Source of the DNA: a virus
Virus record (IMG/VR): IMGVR_UViG_3300028394_000038
Direction: 5' to 3' (one strand)
DNA: 64,000 bases
Numbering within the stretch: the first letter of the stretch is position 1; each line of letters starts with the position of its first letter. The notes beneath the pieces were generated by a model. It saw only the letters and a list, made by a program, of their open reading frames with translations, was not told the DNA's origin and did not search any database. Both the position numbers and the translations under genes were made by a program. Shown here one piece after another: positions 29,385-36,178 of this stretch.

Positions 29385-30425
29385 ATGCAACCACAAGTAC
29401 AAATGCAAGGACCAGATGACGAAGGCGGAATGGCCCGTGCTGACCTATATAGAGCTGCCAAGCACTCTATGAAACTGTTTCAAATGATTCAGAATAACCA
29501 ACAGTTAGAAGGTTGGGTACAAGCAAAGATTACTAAAGCGGCAGATTACTTAGACAGTATCTACCACTATATGGAATATCAAGTAAAGTTTGGACAAGGC
29601 GCAGTTGCGTCAAGTGTTGATGACATTACTGGAGATATGGAAACTGCCGCTCGTGCCGCAGAAGAAGCCGATGACGAAAAAATGGAAATGGAAGAATCTA
29701 TGAACTACGAACAAAAACTACAGGCACTATTAGAAAGTGCTGTTAAGAAAGCCAAGAAAGATTATGATGGCGATGGCAAAGTTGAAACAAACAAAGATGA
29801 AGTTTGGGGATCACGTGCCAAGGCTGCGGCAAAAGCAGGCAAGCCATTCAAAGAAGGTTTCCCAACTGTCGATGATGCAAAGAAAAATGCACAGGGTACA
29901 GCAGGCATGAAGCCAGGCGAAAAGAAAAAGTCTAGCACTGGTGGTACTATTGAAAAGACCAAGACCGGTATCAAACATACTGCTGGTAAAAACTACAGTG
30001 GCAAAGGCGTTGCTGAAGCAAAGTTTGATCCGCTAAAGCACGTTAAGAATCCTACTCCAGGTGAGAAGAAAGCCGCTAAAGATGTCAAGCGTGGTAGCTA
30101 TGCAGATCGTGCGGCAATGTTAAAGTCAGCTGAAAAAGACGGACGTTTAAAAGAAGCTGATGGCAAATGCAATCACTCTGCTAAAGGTGAGAAGTGTCCA
30201 GTACACGGTCTAAAAGAATGTGGTAGTACAATGGCATACGAAGCGGCAAAGCCAAGCGCAGGCATGAGTAAAGGTGCTAAGTCAGCATTAGTTAAAAAAG
30301 CTAAGGCAGGCGGTGACGTTGGCAAACCAGGCAAGAGCTTTGACAAGGTAGCTAAAGCCGCAGGTGGTGGTGAGAAAGGTAAGAAGATTGCCGCTGCCGC
30401 TATGTGGAAAAACGCTGCCAAATAA
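29385..30425 (+). CDS. Putative head-internal/core protein with basic modules
   Basis: LEGWVQAKITKA N-domain; Lys/Ala/Gly-rich blocks separated by hydrophobic-x-E sites. Confidence 0.6.
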   Translation: MQPQVQMQGPDDEGGMARADLYRAAKHSMKLFQMIQNNQQLEGWVQAKITKAADYLDSIYHYMEYQVKFGQGAVASSVDDITGDMETAARAAEEADDEKMEMEESMNYEQKLQALLESAVKKAKKDYDGDGKVETNKDEVWGSRAKAAAKAGKPFKEGFPTVDDAKKNAQGTAGMKPGEKKKSSTGGTIEKTKTGIKHTAGKNYSGKGVAEAKFDPLKHVKNPTPGEKKAAKDVKRGSYADRAAMLKSAEKDGRLKEADGKCNHSAKGEKCPVHGLKECGSTMAYEAAKPSAGMSKGAKSALVKKAKAGGDVGKPGKSFDKVAKAAGGGEKGKKIAAAAMWKNAAK

Positions 30426-30437
30426 GGAATAGACAAA

Positions 30438-31292
30438 ATGGATATGAAGAAGATATTACAAGCCTTTGACGGGGCAACTACGAAGAAGCCTGTTCAAGGT
30501 GCTAATGATATGAAAAAATTTGTATCTATTATTCGAGAAAGCAGTAATCCATATACACCTACACAAGAATCTGTTATTACAAGTTTTGAAGAAGGTTCAG
30601 TAGGCGGTGATGCTAATGCGTTCTTATTGGCTGCTGATACTATCCAAGACGAAGTAATGGCACAGGTCAATAAGATTAAGATTAACGCAGACGAAGCTAG
30701 CCTACGTGACATGATGGATAAGTTTAATGCGTTCATGACTGCTTATCACAATGTTGGCAAAGGTATTCTACAACCAGACATGTTTAACGACAGCATGGGC
30801 GAAAGCACAGAAGAACAAGTTGATGAAGCTGGTGCATTCCGCAAACCTGGTAGTCCAACAGCATACGATAGAGATTATGCAAGTAGCGTAAGTGGTATGG
30901 GTAGAACTAATGGGCCAAAAGGGTATGACAGTGATGGCAATCCTCAAGGCGGCGGATATGATGAATATCCTAATGAGCCACGTGGTCAACGTTATCAAGC
31001 TCCGCAAGACAGACCTGTAATGACTGGCATGTTCTTTTATAATGTACAACCAGGTCAAGAAGAACTTGCCGCAAGTTTAGGTGTTAAGAAAACAAAAAGT
31101 GGTAAGTGGGCAAAGACCAAATATACTACTAGCGGTGATTCTTTTAAATTTCAAAAGGGCAGAGCTGATAAAGAGTTTGGCGTCGGCAAATGGTGGGCTC
31201 CTAAAACAGAAAGTGTTGAGCAAGGTGTGGCGGAAGGTCTAAGTTTTAAAGATTATTTTAATTTAACAGAAGCTAAAAAAGGTCTTGAATAA
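30438..31292 (+). CDS. Putative head-internal protein
   Basis: MDMKKIL/MKKFVSIIRES; several hydrophobic-x-E sites. Confidence 0.55.
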   Translation: MDMKKILQAFDGATTKKPVQGANDMKKFVSIIRESSNPYTPTQESVITSFEEGSVGGDANAFLLAADTIQDEVMAQVNKIKINADEASLRDMMDKFNAFMTAYHNVGKGILQPDMFNDSMGESTEEQVDEAGAFRKPGSPTAYDRDYASSVSGMGRTNGPKGYDSDGNPQGGGYDEYPNEPRGQRYQAPQDRPVMTGMFFYNVQPGQEELAASLGVKKTKSGKWAKTKYTTSGDSFKFQKGRADKEFGVGKWWAPKTESVEQGVAEGLSFKDYFNLTEAKKGLE

Positions 31293-31681
31293 TGAGATAC
31301 TTAGCTGTTGCACTAATATTGTGCTTAACTGGATGTGCTAGTATTAAGGAAATGATTCCTAGTTTTCAAGACGTTAATCAATCAGCTAAGATTATTGATG
31401 TGCGTCAAAGTGTAGCACAGTTAGATTGCAAACAACCACATGCACCGCAAGTTAAACAGATTAAAGATAACCTAGAATGGTTTGAACTATATAGTACTAG
31501 TAAAGGCGAAAGACAAAACGATGTATTGCGTTTGATTAAACCAATGCAAGAAACTGTAGATGATTTTTACAAACGTAGTACAAGTGAAAAGCAAGGTAGC
31601 GATACCTATTGCGAGATTAAGAAAAAGTTAATGACTACACAGGCCGAACGTGCGGCTAGTGTAGTACTAGGGAGATTCTAA
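31292..31681 (+). CDS. Lipoprotein
   Basis: Lipobox LTGC at residue 15. Confidence 0.7.
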   Translation: MRYLAVALILCLTGCASIKEMIPSFQDVNQSAKIIDVRQSVAQLDCKQPHAPQVKQIKDNLEWFELYSTSKGERQNDVLRLIKPMQETVDDFYKRSTSEKQGSDTYCEIKKKLMTTQAERAASVVLGRF

Positions 31682-31914
31682 TGAACGAACTTATGCAATG
31701 TATTAACTCAGGTAAAGGCTGGGCGGCTGAACGTGCTAATACAGCATATCAGATTGGACAGGCATTAGAATCTGGACAGATTGATCCAAGTGAAGCAAAA
31801 GAGTTATTAGAAGATTTGGTTAGAACAGATAGATTAGATGCAGAAGCAGACGATATGGCTCTTAAGGCCATGTTAGTCACAGGCATCTATGCAGTAATAC
31901 AGATATGTGGCTAA
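31681..31914 (+). CDS. Hypothetical protein
   Basis: Translationally coupled ORF. Confidence 0.6.
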   Translation: MNELMQCINSGKGWAAERANTAYQIGQALESGQIDPSEAKELLEDLVRTDRLDAEADDMALKAMLVTGIYAVIQICG

Positions 31915-31915
31915 T

Positions 31916-32350
31916 ATGGAACAGTTAATCAACGCATTAAAAATAGCATTTGCCAGTGAATATGCATTTGCATTAAAAGCACAAAACTTTCATTGGAACA
32001 CTGAAGGTCCAGACTTTTACGAGTTTCATTTGTTGTTTGAAACAATCTATGACGAAGTTTACGGAAGTATTGATGCATTTGCAGAAAATATTCGTAAAAG
32101 CGGTGCATACACTCCTGCTAGCTTATCTAGATTTAGTATGTTAACCACAGTGGAAGATGAGAATCAAGTTATTGATCCACGATCAATGACTGCTGAACTG
32201 TTAGCTGACAGTGATAAACTAGCACAGTTAATGGCAATGGTTTATAAAATGGCTGATGCCGCAGGCGAGTTTGGTCTATCTAACTTCTTAGCTGATCGTC
32301 AAGATGCACACCGCAAGCACAGCTGGTTCCTACGTTCTACATTAAAATGA
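31916..32350 (+). CDS. dps: Dps / ferritin-like protein
   Basis: NFHWN..GPDFYEFH..F...Y...ID..AE.IR; HRKHSWFL. Confidence 0.9.
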   Translation: MEQLINALKIAFASEYAFALKAQNFHWNTEGPDFYEFHLLFETIYDEVYGSIDAFAENIRKSGAYTPASLSRFSMLTTVEDENQVIDPRSMTAELLADSDKLAQLMAMVYKMADAAGEFGLSNFLADRQDAHRKHSWFLRSTLK

Positions 32351-32489
32351 GAGAAAATGAATATCCAGTCTATCCAGAAGATGATGGCACCGACCGTCCT
32401 CGCAACCCTTACAGCCCTGTATAATGGCCTAGCATTGTTTGGGTGCGGCCTAGCTGGTATTCCTTTGACTATTGGAGATTTACAAGATT

Positions 32490-33212
32490 ATGAGAGCAAG
32501 TGAATTTATAATCGAATCATGGAGTCAGAAATACAAAAAGAGTATTAACTGCTCGCATCCTAAAGGCTTTAGTCAACGTGCTCACTGTGCCGGCAGAAAG
32601 AAACACAACGAAAGTGTTGAAATGGAAATGGTCTGCCCTGATTGCAACATGTGTGAATCCCATGGCAATCTTAGTGAAATTAAAAAAGGTGCCAAAGACA
32701 GCAACGGCTTTACTAAATGTTGGTCCGGATATCATGCCGCAGGTACAAAGAAAGGTAAGAACGGTTCAGTACGTAACTGTGTAAAGAACGAAAGCACAGA
32801 GCTAGAAGAAGAGTTTGATCTTATTGAATCGATTATATCCAACCTAGCTTTACGTAATGGTGTTAACGAAGATGCTGTCTGGGAAGATTTAGAAACACTC
32901 ACAGACGATGAGCTATATGTGTTTGCTGTTACACAACCAGTTAATGAAGATTGGCAGAAAGTTAACAAACACGATAAGACTTCGGGCATGAGTCAAAAGG
33001 CTGTCAATGCCTATCGTAGAGAAAATCCAGGTAGCAAACTAAAAACTGCCGTAACGACTAAACCTAGTAAACTAAAAAGAGGTAGCAAAAGTGCCAAGCG
33101 TCGATCAAGTTATTGTTCTAGATCCGCTGGACAAAAACGTATGCATCATATAGATTGTTCAAAGACTCCAGATAAGGCAATCTGTGCGGCACGTCGTCGT
33201 TGGAACTGTTAA
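32490..33212 (+). CDS. Putative head-internal modular basic protein (start revised to ATG 32490)
   Basis: MRASEFIIE; Cys/Lys/Arg-rich modules. Confidence 0.65.
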   Translation: MRASEFIIESWSQKYKKSINCSHPKGFSQRAHCAGRKKHNESVEMEMVCPDCNMCESHGNLSEIKKGAKDSNGFTKCWSGYHAAGTKKGKNGSVRNCVKNESTELEEEFDLIESIISNLALRNGVNEDAVWEDLETLTDDELYVFAVTQPVNEDWQKVNKHDKTSGMSQKAVNAYRRENPGSKLKTAVTTKPSKLKRGSKSAKRRSSYCSRSAGQKRMHHIDCSKTPDKAICAARRRWNC

Positions 33213-33973
33213 TGCGAGCAAAAGAGTTCCAGCCAAAAAAACTAGTTATCTTTGATATAGATGACACGCTGGTTCATACACAAACTAAAGTCCACGTGGT
33301 CAAAGACGGACAGGTAACTAAAGAACTTAACAGTCATGAGTTTACACACTATAAACTACAACCGGGAGAACAGTTTGATTTTGAGAACTTTCGTAACGCA
33401 CATGACTTTTTCCACAAAAGTAAACCGATCATTCCAATGATGAATCAACTCAAGCAAGACATCGCTACTGGTAACAAAGTAGTAATGGTAACTGCTCGTG
33501 CTGACTTTGATGATAAAGAGCTATTCTTAGATACATTCCGCAAGTATGGTGTAGACATGGCAAAAGTTCATGTTTATCGTGCAGGCAATATGACTGGCAA
33601 GATTCAAACAGAAGAAAAGAAAAAAATTATTATACGTAACTTGTTAGACAAGGACATTTATACTAAAGCCATAATGTATGATGATGCTGTTCCTAACTTA
33701 GAATCATTTGTAGAACTTAAGAAAGAATATCCAAAGACCAAGTTCTATGCCTGGCATGTTAGCTTAGAGGGCAAAGCAAGCGAATATCAACGTACCGATG
33801 AAAATTTTGCTGATGGAAAGCACCCAGAAGATAAAGGTGATGCTAAACGTCACGGCATTAACACTAAAGCATCAGTAAGCAGTTTACGTAAAACTGCTAA
33901 ACAAGGTGGCCGTAAAGGTCAACTAGCACACTGGTTAGCAAATATGAAAGCAGGGCGAGCAAAGAAACATTAA
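33212..33973 (+). CDS. HAD-superfamily phosphatase (PNKP-phosphatase-like) with a basic C-terminal module
   Basis: FDIDDTL, VTAR, K, YDD motifs; starts MRAKEF. Confidence 0.75.
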   Translation: MRAKEFQPKKLVIFDIDDTLVHTQTKVHVVKDGQVTKELNSHEFTHYKLQPGEQFDFENFRNAHDFFHKSKPIIPMMNQLKQDIATGNKVVMVTARADFDDKELFLDTFRKYGVDMAKVHVYRAGNMTGKIQTEEKKKIIIRNLLDKDIYTKAIMYDDAVPNLESFVELKKEYPKTKFYAWHVSLEGKASEYQRTDENFADGKHPEDKGDAKRHGINTKASVSSLRKTAKQGGRKGQLAHWLANMKAGRAKKH

Positions 33974-33975
33974 AG

Positions 33976-34083
33976 AACACACTACCTTAGGACCAGTACT
34001 CGTTACTGACTCAAGTGTGCGCCGGCTGCTGGCGCAGGACGGCCCGATTCGCTACCGGGAATCCTGAAAGTGAGCATTTTTTT
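33976..34083 (+). ncRNA. Candidate structured non-coding RNA
   Basis: GC-rich intergenic segment with abutting stems, a possible pseudoknot and a terminal U run. Confidence 0.5.
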
Positions 34084-34098
34084 ACGGCTAAATATTAG

Positions 34099-34797
34099 AT
34101 GATTATATTATATACGCTAATAGTAACACATATCACAATTGTCTGCGTTACCCTGTTCCTACATAGAGGGCAAGCGCATAAGGGATTTGTTTTTAATCCT
34201 GTACTAGAACACTTTATGCGCTTCTGGTTATGGCTAACAACCGGAATGGTTACTAAGCAGTGGGTAGCTATACATCGAAAACATCACAGATTTAGTGACG
34301 AACCCGGTGATCCTCATAGTCCGCATGTATATGGTATATGGCATGTATTATTTAAAGGTGCAGGATTGTATCATTCTGCAAGTAAAGACGCTGAAATGAT
34401 CCAACAATACGGTGTAGGCACACCCGATGATTGGATTGAACGCAACGTGTACACCCAACACAGTCGCCTGGGCATTCTCCTAATGTTAGTTATAAACTTA
34501 TTGTTATTTGGGCCGTTAGGCCTTATAGTGTGGGGTGTACAAATGATATGGATACCATTCTGGGCCGCTGGTGTTATCAATGGAGTCGGACATTGGGTTG
34601 GGTATCGTAACGGCGAAACAAAGGATCAAAGCCGCAATATTAGCCCTTGGGGTATTATTATCGGCGGTGAAGAGCTACATAATAATCATCACCTTAATCC
34701 AGCTAATCCTAAACTAAGCAGAAGTTGGTTTGAGTTTGACATGGGTTGGATGTGGTTTACCATATTTAAAACGCTTAGACTAGCTAAACTTAGATAA
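34099..34797 (+). CDS. Membrane fatty-acid (delta-9 acyl-CoA type) desaturase
   Basis: His boxes HRGQAH, HRKHH, HNNHH; TAAATA at 34089-34094. Confidence 0.9.
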   Translation: MIILYTLIVTHITIVCVTLFLHRGQAHKGFVFNPVLEHFMRFWLWLTTGMVTKQWVAIHRKHHRFSDEPGDPHSPHVYGIWHVLFKGAGLYHSASKDAEMIQQYGVGTPDDWIERNVYTQHSRLGILLMLVINLLLFGPLGLIVWGVQMIWIPFWAAGVINGVGHWVGYRNGETKDQSRNISPWGIIIGGEELHNNHHLNPANPKLSRSWFEFDMGWMWFTIFKTLRLAKLR

Positions 34798-34800
34798 ATA
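34794..34800 (+). promoter_or_regulatory. T4-late-like ATAAATA (likely leaderless transcript)
   Basis: 5 nt before ATG 34806, no SD. Confidence 0.55.
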
Positions 34801-34805
34801 TTACT

Positions 34806-35189
34806 ATGAGAGCAAAAGAATTTATTATTGAACAAGGCCACGGTGGGACAAAGAAGATTGATCCTACACATAAAGCCGCGATAAGAAATGTTATGACATT
34901 TCCTAGTATGAATCAAAGTACAGGAAGTGCCTACTTAGGTTGGCGCATGGGTATTGCTCTTGCAGGCGCACCTGATTATCCTACCAAGATGGAAGCAGAT
35001 AACTGGATTGGTGGTGATCCTTTACTATCACCGTATACTAAAGAAGAAATGGATATGGTCAAAGCTGCCGCTAAGGCTGTAGGCGGAGGTGTTCCAGAAA
35101 ACTGGACTGGTAAACGTAGTGAAGAACTTCCTGGTACACATAAAACAAGTCCAGTAGCTAAACCAAAAAGAAACAAATACGGCGTATGA
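34806..35189 (+). CDS. Putative head-internal protein
   Basis: MRAKEFIIE. Confidence 0.65.
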   Translation: MRAKEFIIEQGHGGTKKIDPTHKAAIRNVMTFPSMNQSTGSAYLGWRMGIALAGAPDYPTKMEADNWIGGDPLLSPYTKEEMDMVKAAAKAVGGGVPENWTGKRSEELPGTHKTSPVAKPKRNKYGV

Positions 35190-35500
35190 AAATAAACGAA
35201 CTATTAACAGAAGCACCTATTGACTTTGATCCTAGTGAGCCAATGAATCCCTTAGTACATAGTCATCAAGGCGCTAATCCAGGCAAGCTACAATATCGTA
35301 TGCTACGTGCGGCAGGTCAGTTAAAGGATCTTGCTAAAAGAGCAGAACACGCTAGTCCATTAGAATGGGAAACGATTTCTAAAAACTTTTCAGAACTAGC
35401 AATGAACGTTGAACAGATTAGACATGGTCTAGAAGAACTGGCCGCGCAACGTAAAAAAGGTGGCGTCCGTTCAAGAGGCATTGATCCAAACATTGGATAA
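35186..35500 (+). CDS. Putative head-internal protein
   Basis: MKINELLTEA. Confidence 0.65.
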   Translation: MKINELLTEAPIDFDPSEPMNPLVHSHQGANPGKLQYRMLRAAGQLKDLAKRAEHASPLEWETISKNFSELAMNVEQIRHGLEELAAQRKKGGVRSRGIDPNIG

Positions 35501-35507
35501 AATATAG

Positions 35508-35536
35508 TTGACACTGTCAACGCAAGGCTATATAAT
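35508..35536 (+). promoter_or_regulatory. sigma70 consensus promoter; the -35 lies in the palindrome GTTGACAcTGTCAAC
   Basis: TTGACA-N17-TATAAT. Confidence 0.8.
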
Positions 35537-35558
35537 AAGGCATTACTAAGGAGAAGTT

Positions 35559-35819
35559 ATGGGCGCACGTACCTATGGACCAGAAGAAAAGGCCAAGCTA
35601 GAAAGACTTATCAACGAAGGCGTTCAAATCAAATATGAAATGGAAAGCCTGTCAGAAGGACTCAAAGAAACTGTTAAAGCAGTTGCCGAAGAGTTAGAAA
35701 TCAAACCCGCACTAATTAATAAAGCTATTTCCATTGCACATAAAGGTAACTGGAATGACGTATTCAGCGACTTTGACGATCTTGAAACTTTGATCGTAAC
35801 TGTAGGCAAGGATAAATGA
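35559..35819 (+). CDS. Small dsDNA-binding protein (T4 DsbA / GapR-like)
   Basis: 86 aa, helical coiled-coil pattern LKETVKAVAEELEIKP, next to the polymerase. Confidence 0.5.
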   Translation: MGARTYGPEEKAKLERLINEGVQIKYEMESLSEGLKETVKAVAEELEIKPALINKAISIAHKGNWNDVFSDFDDLETLIVTVGKDK

Positions 35820-36109
35820 TTGCTACAATATTTGCTCCAACTCTACAATGGATTAGAGATGATTGGTCTAGTCATCCTCTACGTTTTTGCGTTGAGTTGC
35901 TCGCTTGGGCTATTAGTATTGGTTGCAGTATTACTATGGCGCTCACAGTCCCTACTCCACCGCTTATTATTCTTTATCCTATTTGGATCACTGGCTGTGC
36001 CATGTATGCTTGGGCTAGTTGGACTAGGAAATCTTTTGGTATGTTGGCTAACTATATACTGTTGACCACTATTGATAGTATAGGCTTGATTAGGATGCTA
36101 AGTAATTAA
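35816..36109 (+). CDS. Small 3-TM membrane protein
   Basis: Three hydrophobic segments. Confidence 0.6.
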   Translation: MIATIFAPTLQWIRDDWSSHPLRFCVELLAWAISIGCSITMALTVPTPPLIILYPIWITGCAMYAWASWTRKSFGMLANYILLTTIDSIGLIRMLSN

Positions 36110-36120
36110 GAGAAAGGTTT

Positions 36121-36167
36121 AGTCAGCCATAAATGACTGCATTGGTATTTGTCAGCCCTAAATGACA
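36121..36167 (+). promoter_or_regulatory. Twin 5-bp-stem/8-nt-loop hairpins before the DNA polymerase SD (putative translational operator)
   Basis: AGTCA-gccataaa-TGACT and TGTCA-gccctaaa-TGACA, then TAAGGAG. Confidence 0.55.
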
Positions 36168-36178
36168 TAAGGAGAAAT

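Noticed and set aside
33976-34083. tRNA gene
   Set aside because: No cloverleaf, T-loop consensus or CCA arrangement; kept as an unclassified ncRNA candidate
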